Source: Candidatus Woesebacteria bacterium RIFCSPHIGHO2_01_FULL_39_32 (GTDB lineage: Bacteria > Patescibacteriota > Microgenomatia > UBA8517). Taken from it: a stretch of DNA of 64,000 nucleotides. How positions within the stretch are numbered: the stretch's first letter is position 1; each line of letters begins with the position of its first letter. The stretch spans positions 74,090-138,089 of the forward strand of contig MGGJ01000004.1 of NCBI GenBank assembly GCA_001792345.1, given 5' to 3'. The translations under genes were made by a program, and so were the position numbers. Positions 29,283-39,770 of this stretch are shown here, one piece after another. The notes beneath the pieces were generated by a model. The model did not search any database and was not told the origin of the DNA. It worked only from the letters and a program-made list of their open reading frames with translations.

Positions 29283-29341
29283 ATGCGCTCTAAAAGTCGG
29301 AAAAGAGATTAAATCCTTGAAACTATAGTAAAATATAAGCT

Positions 29342-30781
29342 ATGGCAAAGAAAAATTACTACATAACCACCACTCTGCCTTACGTGAATGCTGAACCCCA
29401 CATTGGATTTGCATTGGAAATTGCGCAGGCAGATGTGGTTGCGAGATTTAAAAAACTTCAAGGATATGATGTTTTTTTTAATTTTGGAACAGATGAGCAT
29501 GGCCAAAAAATATTCCGAAAGGCGATAGAAGAAAAAAAGGGCCCACAGAAATATGTGGATGAATATGCCAAAAAATTCGACCATTTAAAAGAAGCTCTTA
29601 ATTTAAGTTATAACAACTTTATTCGCACAACTGAGCCACATCACAAAAAGGCAGCTAAAGAAATTTGGAGATTATGCAAAAATAACGGCTTTATTCAAAA
29701 AGGTATCTACAAAGCAAAATACTGTGTTGGTTGCGAGCTGGAAAAACAAGACTCGGAATTAGAAGAAGGCAAATGCCCTCTTCACCCCAACTTGGAAATA
29801 GAACTTATTGAGGAAGAAAATTATTTTTTCAAATTCTCTTTATTCCAGAAAAAACTTCTCGATCTTTATAAAAGAAATCCAAAGTTTGTAATTCCAAAAC
29901 ATAGACTAACTGAGATTAGTAACTTTGTCTCTTCGGGCTTACAGGACTTCAGTGTATCTCGACTTAAGAAAAAAATGCCCTGGGGAATACCGGTGCCAGA
30001 TGATGATGAACATGTAATGTATGTCTGGTTTGACGCTTTAACTAACTATATTTCAGCATTAGGATGGCCCAATAACCCAAAAAAGTTTAAAGATTTCTGG
30101 GGAATAACTGAAAATCCGAACGCGATACAATTTGCAGGTAAGGACAATCTCCGTCAACAATCAGCAATGTGGCAAGCAATGTTAATGGCAGCAGGACTTC
30201 CACCAACAAAACAAATTTTAATCCACGGATTTATAACAATTGGTGGTCAAAAAATAAGTAAAAGTTTAGGAAACGTAGTAAATCCATATGATTTAGTTAA
30301 AAAATATGGGACAGATGCAACTAGATATTATTTGCTTGCAAAAATTCCGCCCTATGAAGATGGAGATTTTACTTATGATAAGTTTGAAGAAGCGCATAAC
30401 TCAGATCTTGCTAATGGTTTAGGAAATTTGATTGCGCGCGTTGCCGCAATGGCTGATAAGTCTAACTTTCAAGCACCCGAACCAAAACCACTTTCTTTTA
30501 GTAAAGAAGTAGTTGAATTCATTGGTGGTTACGAATTTGATAAGGCACTTGACTACATATGGTATCGAATAAAAAGAGCGGATGTTTTTATAAACAAAAG
30601 GGGCGTCTGGAATTTGAATGGAACACAAAAACAAGCAGCGCTTACTAATTTAGTTGGAAGAATTAGACAGATAGCTTATGACTTACAACCTTTTTTACCG
30701 GAAACAGCCCAAAAAATTGAAAGGCAGTTTAAAGGACCAAATATAAAATCGGAAAAACCTCTATTCCCTCGACTTAAATAA
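29342..30781 (+). CDS. metG: Methionyl-tRNA synthetase (short form, catalytic core)
   Basis: 479 aa; class I HIGH (PHIGFA) and KMSKS (KISKS) motifs, zinc knuckle CVGC...CPLH. Confidence 0.9.
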   Translation: MAKKNYYITTTLPYVNAEPHIGFALEIAQADVVARFKKLQGYDVFFNFGTDEHGQKIFRKAIEEKKGPQKYVDEYAKKFDHLKEALNLSYNNFIRTTEPHHKKAAKEIWRLCKNNGFIQKGIYKAKYCVGCELEKQDSELEEGKCPLHPNLEIELIEEENYFFKFSLFQKKLLDLYKRNPKFVIPKHRLTEISNFVSSGLQDFSVSRLKKKMPWGIPVPDDDEHVMYVWFDALTNYISALGWPNNPKKFKDFWGITENPNAIQFAGKDNLRQQSAMWQAMLMAAGLPPTKQILIHGFITIGGQKISKSLGNVVNPYDLVKKYGTDATRYYLLAKIPPYEDGDFTYDKFEEAHNSDLANGLGNLIARVAAMADKSNFQAPEPKPLSFSKEVVEFIGGYEFDKALDYIWYRIKRADVFINKRGVWNLNGTQKQAALTNLVGRIRQIAYDLQPFLPETAQKIERQFKGPNIKSEKPLFPRLK

Positions 30782-30831
30782 TTAAAGTTACCTATGAATC
30801 AATTATTGAGACATAAAGTTGAATTCTAATT

Positions 30832-30868
30832 ATTCGTAGCCATTCGTAGCATTCGTACACATTCGCAG
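30832..30868 (+). repeat. Four tandem ~9-10-bp direct repeats (ATTCGTAGC / CATTCGTAGC / ATTCGTACAC / ATTCGCAG) 10 bp upstream of GT2 start
   Basis: Seen directly; candidate transcription-factor binding iteron. Confidence 0.5.
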
Positions 30869-30877
30869 ATTAGTATT

Positions 30878-32371
30878 ATGATAAGAAAATTTGTTCTTAA
30901 ACACGAAAGGTTTTTTTACAGGCTTTTGGAAATATTGCCGGGATTTTTTTCCTGGAACGTAATACTTTTTCCCTACTGGGGTATTTTTGTTATTCCTAAT
31001 GCGGTTGCTTACTTTATTCTTTCTTACAACATTTACTGGTTTTACCAATCTTTTCAAATTGCAGTAACAGGAATAATCGCTCATTTCAGAGTCCAGGCAT
31101 CAATGAATTTTGACTGGCTAGGAGATCTGAAAAACTTTCCCGATTGGGAGAAAGTAAATCATATGGTGATTATTCCAACTTACAAAGAACCGCAATATAT
31201 TTTGGAAAGAACGATTGATTCGCTATTGGCACAAACTCTTCCGAAAAAACAATTAAGCGTAGTTATTGCCCAAGAGGATAGAGCACCCTTTGAGGATAAA
31301 GTTACAAAAATGAAAAATCTTCAAGATAAATATGGAAAACAATTTGGTAACTTTCTCGTCACTCTTCACAAACTGGCTGCCGGAGAAGTTATAGGTAAAG
31401 CATCAAATGAAAGAGATGCTGCAATTTGCTCAAAGAAAGAGCTTGTTGATAAGAAGGGAATGAATATATATTACTTAACCGTAACCAGCTGTGACGCTGA
31501 TCATGTATTTCACCGAAATCATTTTGCTTCTTTAACTTTCAAATTCTTAGATGATCCCCAAAGATATCTTAAATTCTGGCAACCGGCAGTACTTTTTTAT
31601 AATAATATATGGAGAGTTCCCGCTCTCATTCGCGTCCCAAATATTCTGGGATCTGTATTTGCTCTCTCACAACTTCCGCGGCGCGACAGGCTTATTAGTA
31701 CTTCTAATTACTCTTTGTCGCTAAAACTACTCCACGAAATAGACTATTGGGATGCTGACAAAATTCCCGAAGATTGGGGAATATTTTTCAAGGCTTATTA
31801 TAAAAAACAAGGACAGGTCGAAGTTGAGCCCAATTATTTACCTGTTTATGCCGATGCACCAGAATCCACGAGCTTTCGTAAAACCTTAAAAAACATGTAT
31901 GACCAGAGAAAAAGATGGGCCTGGGGAGTTTCGGATGACCCGTGGATTATAAAGAATTATTTTTTTACACCAGGGGTTCCTTTTTTACAAAAGACTTTAC
32001 GGGTGCTTTATGTTATTCAATCTCATTTTTTGTGGCCAGTTCACTGGTTTGCAATTACAATTGGTCTTCAACTGCCTGCATTACTTAATCCAAGGTTTGC
32101 AAGAACGGCTCTTGGACATACAGTTCCCAGACTTTCATCGATAATCCTTACCGTTGCACTTGTGTTTCTTTTAGTTATGCTTGTTCTAGACAAAATATAT
32201 AGGCCTAAAAAACCGGAGGGGTTTCCTGCCTGGAAAGTTCTTTTGGGTCCATTGGAGTTTGTACTCATGCCCGTTGTCGGATTTTTCTTTTCTGCACTTC
32301 CCGGCATCGATGCGCATACAAGGTTGATGCTTGGTAAATATATAGAATACAAGGTCACCGAGAAAGTATAA
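30878..32371 (+). CDS. Membrane-integrated GT2 glycosyltransferase (processive beta-glycan synthase-like)
   Basis: 497 aa; N- and C-terminal TM helices, DAD (SCDADH) and QxxRW (QRKRWAWG) motifs. Confidence 0.8.
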   Translation: MIRKFVLKHERFFYRLLEILPGFFSWNVILFPYWGIFVIPNAVAYFILSYNIYWFYQSFQIAVTGIIAHFRVQASMNFDWLGDLKNFPDWEKVNHMVIIPTYKEPQYILERTIDSLLAQTLPKKQLSVVIAQEDRAPFEDKVTKMKNLQDKYGKQFGNFLVTLHKLAAGEVIGKASNERDAAICSKKELVDKKGMNIYYLTVTSCDADHVFHRNHFASLTFKFLDDPQRYLKFWQPAVLFYNNIWRVPALIRVPNILGSVFALSQLPRRDRLISTSNYSLSLKLLHEIDYWDADKIPEDWGIFFKAYYKKQGQVEVEPNYLPVYADAPESTSFRKTLKNMYDQRKRWAWGVSDDPWIIKNYFFTPGVPFLQKTLRVLYVIQSHFLWPVHWFAITIGLQLPALLNPRFARTALGHTVPRLSSIILTVALVFLLVMLVLDKIYRPKKPEGFPAWKVLLGPLEFVLMPVVGFFFSALPGIDAHTRLMLGKYIEYKVTEKV

Positions 32372-32479
32372 AATTATTGACCTTGTATTATATCGCTCAG
32401 CTTACTTTGTTTCTCAAAATAGATTTTTTTCGAAAGTCGTAAGATTCGCGATCGAGTATAAAGTAACGGAGAAAGTCTA

Positions 32480-33097
32480 ATGTTAAAAATTTATTTAGCC
32501 AGACATGGACAGGATGAGGATAATGCTAAAGGTCTACTAAACGGGAGGCGAGACAAATCATTGACTGAGCTAGGTATGGCGCAAGCAAAGGAACTTGCGG
32601 AAAAGATTAAAAGCAAAGATATTCACTTTGACATAATTTATACTTCTCCCCTTAAAAGAACTAAACAAACTGCGAAAATAATAGCCGAAGTTTTAAATTC
32701 AGAAAGACCAATAACTTTAAAAGAACTTCTAGAGAGAGATTTCGGAATTATGGCGGGTGAACCCCATACGAAAATCATCGAAATGTGTAGCCCCAACATA
32801 CTAGAAACTGAAAAGATCACATATTTTCTTTCCCCCAAGGGTGCAGAAACCTTTCCTCAACTTATCAAAAGAGCTGAAAAAATGCTGAACAAATTAGAGA
32901 GGCTTCATAAAGACGGTAATGTTTTACTAGTAACACACGGAGATTTTGGAAAAATGATATATGCCACTTATTATAAACTTTCTTGGAAAGACGTACTGAA
33001 ACAATTCCATTTTGGTAATTCTGATTTGCTTTTATTGTCAAAGAATTCACTGGCAAGTAGGTCTCATATTTTCAAGATAAAACAACATAATCTTTAA
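32480..33097 (+). CDS. Histidine phosphatase family protein (phosphoglycerate mutase-like)
   Basis: 205 aa; LARHGQ catalytic motif, ...VTHGDF... Confidence 0.75.
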   Translation: MLKIYLARHGQDEDNAKGLLNGRRDKSLTELGMAQAKELAEKIKSKDIHFDIIYTSPLKRTKQTAKIIAEVLNSERPITLKELLERDFGIMAGEPHTKIIEMCSPNILETEKITYFLSPKGAETFPQLIKRAEKMLNKLERLHKDGNVLLVTHGDFGKMIYATYYKLSWKDVLKQFHFGNSDLLLLSKNSLASRSHIFKIKQHNL

Positions 33098-33142
33098 AAG
33101 CTTCAGAAAAAAACTTATTGGATAGTATATAATCCGACAGAA

Positions 33143-33574
33143 ATGAAGGATATGGAACCCACCCATGAAATTCTTTGGTGGGACGCCGCCAAGAAGATTG
33201 CGGAAAGTTATGAAGGTGCAATGTTTGAAGCGCGTTTCGAATCGGTGCTCGACTCTCTTATAGAAAGTGGACTAATATCTTCCTGGGATAAAACAAAACG
33301 GAGAACTCAAGAAGACCGAATGGGAGTCGATTATTTTATAGAAATCGATGGATACTACATTCCCTGGCAGATAACCTCAACTCCCTCAGAGGCCAGAAAA
33401 CATCGAAGTTGGTTAAAAGATAGAGGAGGAGACCTAACTGATATTCCAATTACTTACATTAGGTCAAAAGAACATCATATGATGAGGAGTGTAACTTCTC
33501 TTGAAAAAGAAGTTCTTCTCAAAGCAGAAGACTATATTAAACAGAAAGAAACTCAACCTACTACTTTTTCCTGA
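33143..33574 (+). CDS. Hypothetical protein (143 aa)
   Basis: ORF only. Confidence 0.4.
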   Translation: MKDMEPTHEILWWDAAKKIAESYEGAMFEARFESVLDSLIESGLISSWDKTKRRTQEDRMGVDYFIEIDGYYIPWQITSTPSEARKHRSWLKDRGGDLTDIPITYIRSKEHHMMRSVTSLEKEVLLKAEDYIKQKETQPTTFS

Positions 33575-33637
33575 AGTCATTTACTTTCCTCTATCCACCC
33601 AATTGCCAAGGAAATTACACAGGGATATAATTTGATT

Positions 33638-36600
33638 ATGGATGATGTAACTCCAATTACTTCGAATAATGACGGTAGCCCTCAACCAGAAACAAATACC
33701 ATAAATATAAACTTTCGAAGTACCAATAAATTCGGTAAATTGGTAAGTTTCTTAAAAAACCTCTTAAATAATTTTAAAAATAAATTTTTACAAAAATGGT
33801 ATAAACTTCCTAGAAAATGGAAAGTTGTAATCGCGTCTTTTTCAGCAGTCCTGATTATTGTTGGAGGGCTCTTTCTTTATAAATTTATTAAATCAGGTGG
33901 ATTGAAAGATCTTGGGCGTAAAGAGGTTGATATTGCAGAATTTGGAGACTGGAAAAAATTGGTAATACCTCAAAGGCAAAAGCCTTTTTTTACACTTTCC
34001 GCTTCCACCGTCAGTAAATACGGAATTTTACCTACTGAAGCCCTCATTTTAAAGACCGAAAAACCCGTTGACGTCAATTTTATTAAGGAAAATATAGTTT
34101 CCTCGGTGCCGGTTGCAGTCGCTTCCATTGGCGGAACTGAATATAGGATTAGTCCGCAAAGAAACCTTGAGCTCGAAGAGGTACTTTCTATAAAATTAAG
34201 CGTTGAGGACAAAAATTATGAAGGGTATACTTTTGATCGCAATTATTCATGGGCGTATCAAAGTCAGGGGAAATTTAGAGTAGTAAGTAGTATTCCGGGA
34301 GATAAGAAAAACGAAGTTCCTGTAAATTCCGGTATTGAAATTGCTTTTAGTCAGGACGACTTTAACGATCCTACTCCCTTCGTTTCAGTTTCTCCTTCAA
34401 TCAATTTTCGTACAGAAGTACATGCAGATAGATTTGTTGTTGTGCCACTTGAACCATTGCAAGAAAAAACTATATATACGGTTACTTTGAGAAAAGGCTT
34501 GAATTTAAAATCACGCAATGATCCAATTAGTGAAGACTACTCATTCACCTTCCAAACGTTACAAAAAGGACGAGGTTATCAAATTCCGATGTTTAGCTTA
34601 TATGAAGATTTTCAACAAAGTTCTCCGTCAGAACCCTTTATTACTAAAGTGCAAACATATAACTGGAAGCAAGAAGATACCATAAAAGCCGAAGTCTATA
34701 GATTCCCTACATCTTCCGCATTTATCGACTCCAGGAAAAGAATTGATGAAATTCAGAGTAGTTGGATGACTTATTACGCAGAAGAAGAAGCCGTAGAAAC
34801 ATCCAGCTTGGAAAAAGTAATGACGGTTGATCTTAAAGTTCAAAATAAGGATAACATTAACTATCTTCAACTACCCGACAAATTACCTCAAGGATTTTAT
34901 TTAATGCAATTTTGGTTTGGAAATAAAGACAAATTAGAACAGTTGTGGCTTCAATCGACAGAACTAACGGGATTTGTTTCTGTGGGTAAAGAGCAGACTG
35001 TTGTCTGGGCAAATAACTTAAATGGGGGTCCATCCTCAAACGCAGTAGTTAGAATTACCGGTTCGGGGCAAGATTACCGAACTTACGATAACGGAGCCTC
35101 TGTTTTTACTACCCCCTCGATCCTTTTCGAAAAAGAAAGACACTATGTTGAGATAGCCGATACAGAAGGTAATATTGTTATCATTCCTATAACGTCTCTC
35201 TCTGGCAACAATCCCGTCGGCAAGATTACCCAAAATGATTACATCTCCTACCTTTATAACGAGAGGTATTTATATAAACCCGGGGACACGGTTTATTTCT
35301 TTGGTGTAGTAAAAGAAAGATCAACAAATACTCCTCCGGGAAGTGCCACAATAATCTTAAGAAATTCATCATTTTCTGACAAAGAAGCGGTCCTTTCTAA
35401 AACAATTGTCCCAAGCTCCGATGGTTCCTTTTTGGATAATTTCAAATTGGAAGATATTCCATTAGGTTGGTACACCTTGGTTTTAAAAGTCGGCGATGTT
35501 GAAGTAGAAAGTACCAGTTTTTCCGTAACTCAGTTTGAAAAACCTGAAATGAAAATCGAGGTGCTAAGCAACAAAAAGGCCATGTTCACCGACGAGAAAG
35601 TTGACTACACGGCAAAAGTTAGCTTTTTTGATGAGACGCCTGCAAAAAATATTCCTATAACTACCCACGAGTCGACAACCAGTAATTCGACAAACCTAAC
35701 TACGGGAGAAAACGGAGAAGTAAACTATACCTACCAGACTAAATACAACGACAACTATTACTACTATTACCCTCACTATGAAACTGTAACTTTCATCCCA
35801 GCAATTGCCCAAGAATCTAACGTCGAAGGATTCGGCAGCGTTTACGTATTTGGAAGCCGCCTTATGATAAACTCCGATTCCGATCAGGAAGGTAATAACG
35901 CAAAAATAAAAGCAAATGTAAATAACGTTGATTTGAGTCGAATTAATTCGGGTGAGTCAAATGAATATAAAGGTAATCCCGCATCGGGCAAAGAGGTTGC
36001 ACTCACAGTTAAGAAAACGTGGTATGAGAGGGTTGAAAGTGGAACCTACTACGACTTCATAGAAAAAATAACAAGAAAAACCTATAACTATATCCGCCAC
36101 GAAGAGACGGTTGAAGAAAAGAAATTAACGACAGATGTAAACGGTGAGGTAAGCCACGAATTTCAACTGGAAGAAGGAAAAAGTTATAGCGCAGAGTTAA
36201 TGGTGAAAGACGGGAACGGACATCCTGCAAAAACAGGTGAGTATTATTACTACAGTTTGACAAGCTATGGTTATGGCGAGGGCCAGAAAGAATTCCCCCA
36301 GCTGAATTTAGATAAAGATGAAAGTACCTACTCTTTGGGTGAAGAAGTTAAATTAAACATCTTACTTGGCGAAAATGAATATCCCGACAATGATAAAAAT
36401 AGATTCCTATTTATATTAGCTAACCGTGGTCGGCAAGAAGTTATTCTAACAGATAACCCTCGTTACACATTTACATTCGACTCGAAGCACATTCCTAATA
36501 TTTACGTAGGAGCTTATATATTTACGGGTAAATATTACAGTCAGGTGTCAGCACCATGTCGCCGAGATTGGTATTGTTCCGATTACTATTATTATGGGGG

Positions 36601-38854
36601 TCAAAATTATTTTAGCGGATTTTTAATTTCCTATAAAAAAGAGGATAGCGAGCTAACTCTAACAATTGATGTCGATAAGGAAAAATACCAGCCAGGAGAG
36701 GATGCGAAAATAGGTGTGAAAGTGGAAAACAACGGTGTTGGTGTGCCAGGAGCAACCGTAAATCTGATACTTGTAGATGAAGCTTTGGCGGCTCTTGATG
36801 CAGTTAGAACTCCTTCTATCCTTTCTTCTCTTTACCAGTCTGTTGATAGTTTAATTTACTATAACTACAGTTCCCACGAACCCGTCCTTCCTGATCAGCC
36901 ACAAGCAGAAAGGGGTGGAGGCGGTGGAGGGGATAGGGATGTCTTCAAAGACGCAGCTTTTTTTGGCCGAGAGATCTCAGACGAAAGTGGAGTAGCCACT
37001 TTTTCATTTACACTACCGGATAATATAACCAGCTGGATTACCTACGCACAAGCCTTAACCTCAAGTGTTGAAGGAGGTCAGTCTGAAGTAAAAGTTATCG
37101 TAACAAAAGACTTCTTTATAACTAGTCAATTTCCAAAAGAATATTTAGTCAAAGATAAACCGGCTCTTACGGGAGGATCTTTTGGAAAGGGTTTACAAGA
37201 AGACTCTTATGTAGAGTTCAAGGCAATATTTTTCGAGAGCGAAAGAGAAATCTCAAATATTTCTAAGACCACGGGTGCATTCAAAAGTATTAATTTTCCC
37301 TTCCCCAACTTACAGGCAGGAGAATATAAAGTAAGCCTCAGGGGAAAGGTAAATAATTTGGAAGATGGGGTCCAGTTACCATTCAAGGCCATATCTTCAC
37401 GATTAAACTTCGAGCACTTCCAAAAATTCGATCTCGAAAAGGGCCAGGCTCTCACAAGAATCGATGCAACTGATATTTTGGAAGATAAACCAGTAAAACT
37501 TGTAATTAGCGATAGAGGTAAGGGAATATACTATTCAAGTTTAACCCGTTACTGTTATACGTGGAGTAATCGAGTTGAGAAACAAATTGCAAAGTTGTCT
37601 GCTTCGAAACTATTAGTCGAGAGGTTTGACGACAATGAATGTAAGGTCGATGCAGATACGCTAAAAGATTTTCAATATTTCGACGGAGGCTTAAGTCAGG
37701 TGGAGTGGGGAGGAAGTGATCTACCCACAACCGTTTGGGCGATATTTGTGGACCCAATTCCATTTGACAAAGATAAAATGATCAGTTTCTTTGAAAGTAA
37801 GTTGAATGAAGAAAATGGAGGAAATTTACAAAAAATATACTCTTCATGGGGGTTGACAATACTCGGTAAACCCAAAGTTAATGAACTCCAGATTCTAACT
37901 CAGTCTGCGCTAACTTACGAAGAAAAAGTAATTTTAGCAATGGCTCTTACCTCTGCTGGAGATACCGAAAAAGCAAGAGATTTATACTACGATATCCTCG
38001 CAGATTACGCATATGAATATCCCCCTTATATCAGAATTCAGGCGGAGTTGAAGGGAAAAAGTCAAATAGATAACTATATTGAAAATACTTCCAGGGCGCT
38101 ACTTTTGGGAAGCCTAGTCGAAAAAACTTACGACGAGGCAATGTTTAATTATCTTCGCGATTTCAGAAGCAATACCGAAGATGTCGTTATTGACCTTTCT
38201 AGTATTGCGTTTATAGACGAACAACTGAATAAATTGCCTGACGAAAATACAAGTATAAGTTTTGCTTCGGCAAACCAAAACGTACAAAAGGAATTGGAAA
38301 AAGGCCGGAACATGACTTTAAAGCTAAAAGCAAACGAACTTAATAACTTCAGTTTTAAAGTCCTGGAAGGTAAGGCGGAAGCTAATTTTAACTACTTTGT
38401 AGGAGCTCTTGGTCTTTCTGAATTACCTACCGATAATCTACTAAGTATTAAAAGAGAATTTAAAAAAGTAAAAGGGGAGGGTAGCAGCATAAAATCCGGT
38501 GACATTGTCGAAGTTAGAATAGATTTTAATTTAGATTTTGACAAATCCCCCACGGGTTGCTACACAATTACCGATTATTTACCCTCTGGACTAAAATATA
38601 TCTCAAACCCAAGTGCTTATGGATTAGAGGCAGAGGGTTGGATGAGCGAAAGGGAGGGTAATATCGTCGAAGGCTTTTTCTGTAATTCCCCCTGGTGGCG
38701 GGAATACGGCAAGAAATATATGATTTACTTTGCCAGAGCAGGCTCAGTTGGAGAATATGTTGCGGAACCTGCAATAATACAGTCGCTTAGGTACTTGTCA
38801 AATTTCCAGAAAACTCCCGAGCAAACTATAAAAATAGAAGCGTCGAATCTATAA
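33638..38854 (+). CDS. Alpha-2-macroglobulin-like MG-domain giant surface protein, thioester-less
   Basis: ~1739 aa; N-terminal TM anchor; VNLILVDEALAALDAV and FFGREISDESGVATFSFTLPDNITSW blocks match the A2M domain consensus (VDE..L.L / ETW.W...TVPDSITTW); no CxEQ thioester; first ATG 33638 (ORF track uses TTG 33632). Confidence 0.55.
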   Translation: MDDVTPITSNNDGSPQPETNTININFRSTNKFGKLVSFLKNLLNNFKNKFLQKWYKLPRKWKVVIASFSAVLIIVGGLFLYKFIKSGGLKDLGRKEVDIAEFGDWKKLVIPQRQKPFFTLSASTVSKYGILPTEALILKTEKPVDVNFIKENIVSSVPVAVASIGGTEYRISPQRNLELEEVLSIKLSVEDKNYEGYTFDRNYSWAYQSQGKFRVVSSIPGDKKNEVPVNSGIEIAFSQDDFNDPTPFVSVSPSINFRTEVHADRFVVVPLEPLQEKTIYTVTLRKGLNLKSRNDPISEDYSFTFQTLQKGRGYQIPMFSLYEDFQQSSPSEPFITKVQTYNWKQEDTIKAEVYRFPTSSAFIDSRKRIDEIQSSWMTYYAEEEAVETSSLEKVMTVDLKVQNKDNINYLQLPDKLPQGFYLMQFWFGNKDKLEQLWLQSTELTGFVSVGKEQTVVWANNLNGGPSSNAVVRITGSGQDYRTYDNGASVFTTPSILFEKERHYVEIADTEGNIVIIPITSLSGNNPVGKITQNDYISYLYNERYLYKPGDTVYFFGVVKERSTNTPPGSATIILRNSSFSDKEAVLSKTIVPSSDGSFLDNFKLEDIPLGWYTLVLKVGDVEVESTSFSVTQFEKPEMKIEVLSNKKAMFTDEKVDYTAKVSFFDETPAKNIPITTHESTTSNSTNLTTGENGEVNYTYQTKYNDNYYYYYPHYETVTFIPAIAQESNVEGFGSVYVFGSRLMINSDSDQEGNNAKIKANVNNVDLSRINSGESNEYKGNPASGKEVALTVKKTWYERVESGTYYDFIEKITRKTYNYIRHEETVEEKKLTTDVNGEVSHEFQLEEGKSYSAELMVKDGNGHPAKTGEYYYYSLTSYGYGEGQKEFPQLNLDKDESTYSLGEEVKLNILLGENEYPDNDKNRFLFILANRGRQEVILTDNPRYTFTFDSKHIPNIYVGAYIFTGKYYSQVSAPCRRDWYCSDYYYYGGQNYFSGFLISYKKEDSELTLTIDVDKEKYQPGEDAKIGVKVENNGVGVPGATVNLILVDEALAALDAVRTPSILSSLYQSVDSLIYYNYSSHEPVLPDQPQAERGGGGGGDRDVFKDAAFFGREISDESGVATFSFTLPDNITSWITYAQALTSSVEGGQSEVKVIVTKDFFITSQFPKEYLVKDKPALTGGSFGKGLQEDSYVEFKAIFFESEREISNISKTTGAFKSINFPFPNLQAGEYKVSLRGKVNNLEDGVQLPFKAISSRLNFEHFQKFDLEKGQALTRIDATDILEDKPVKLVISDRGKGIYYSSLTRYCYTWSNRVEKQIAKLSASKLLVERFDDNECKVDADTLKDFQYFDGGLSQVEWGGSDLPTTVWAIFVDPIPFDKDKMISFFESKLNEENGGNLQKIYSSWGLTILGKPKVNELQILTQSALTYEEKVILAMALTSAGDTEKARDLYYDILADYAYEYPPYIRIQAELKGKSQIDNYIENTSRALLLGSLVEKTYDEAMFNYLRDFRSNTEDVVIDLSSIAFIDEQLNKLPDENTSISFASANQNVQKELEKGRNMTLKLKANELNNFSFKVLEGKAEANFNYFVGALGLSELPTDNLLSIKREFKKVKGEGSSIKSGDIVEVRIDFNLDFDKSPTGCYTITDYLPSGLKYISNPSAYGLEAEGWMSEREGNIVEGFFCNSPWWREYGKKYMIYFARAGSVGEYVAEPAIIQSLRYLSNFQKTPEQTIKIEASNL

Positions 38855-38859
38855 GAGTC

Positions 38860-39660
38860 ATGAATAAACTACAAAAAATTCTAATCGCTTTGAGTCTTAT
38901 TTTTATGGTTTTGGTGATCGGAACGTTTCTTTTAAAAACACAAAAAGGAAAGGTTGCCGGGGTACAAACCTCGTCCGGAGAAACACCCATCCGCGGGATA
39001 ACATTGCCTCACCATAAATTGGCAGAGAAACTTATATTGGAATCTTTCGAGAGATTAAAAAACGAAAATTTCTCCTATGTAGTTATTTTGGGACCGAATC
39101 ATTTTGAACCGGAAATTAATTCTGTAGTGACCGCTAAAAGCATTCCCGAATATTCGTTTGATAACGAAGTAATACAAAAGTATTTGCAAAAATACCCAGA
39201 CATTGTTGTCTCAGGTGAATTAATCAATAAAGAACATAGCATCACTTTGCATTTACCATACATTCAAAATTACTTACCTAACGCCAAAATGCTTCCTTTA
39301 ATGATTTCACCTTATGCAAGTAAAAATGATTTATATGACAAAGTAAATTATCTGACATCAATCACTCCTTCCGATACTTTGTTCATTGCAAGTGTTGATT
39401 TTGCTCATGATGTTATGCAAGATACTGCGCTTAAAAATAATGAAGAAAGCATCGCCGCAATTTCCAGTTTTGACTACCAAACAATTTTAGATTTTGGAGA
39501 TGATCATATGGATTCACCGCTATCAATTTCAATGCTACTAAAATCGATGCAAAAAGAAGGTAGTACTAAATGGGAAACTTGGTATAGTAGTCATGCGGCT
39601 ATACTTGAAGGAGATCCCGCGATTCAAGGAACAAGTTATGTAATCGGAGTATTTAGGTAA
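38860..39660 (+). CDS. MEMO1/AmmeMemoRadiSam-system-protein-B-like protein with N-terminal TM
   Basis: 266 aa; ITLPHH and ILGPNHF motifs resembling MEMO-family His clusters. Confidence 0.45.
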   Translation: MNKLQKILIALSLIFMVLVIGTFLLKTQKGKVAGVQTSSGETPIRGITLPHHKLAEKLILESFERLKNENFSYVVILGPNHFEPEINSVVTAKSIPEYSFDNEVIQKYLQKYPDIVVSGELINKEHSITLHLPYIQNYLPNAKMLPLMISPYASKNDLYDKVNYLTSITPSDTLFIASVDFAHDVMQDTALKNNEESIAAISSFDYQTILDFGDDHMDSPLSISMLLKSMQKEGSTKWETWYSSHAAILEGDPAIQGTSYVIGVFR

Positions 39661-39770
39661 TTCTACAAACGCCTCCCCTACCAATTCACAAAAATTGCTA
39701 CCTATAGTTGTTAAGGTTTACAAAAACTATGCAGATATCGATTATTTGTTATCCCTGTTCTCTCCCCTAC

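Noticed and set aside
36895-36935. Thioester (CxEQ) site in the A2M-like protein
   Set aside because: Searched the translated sequence; no CGEQ/CLEQ-like motif is present and the equivalent region lacks Cys, so the protein is called thioester-less.
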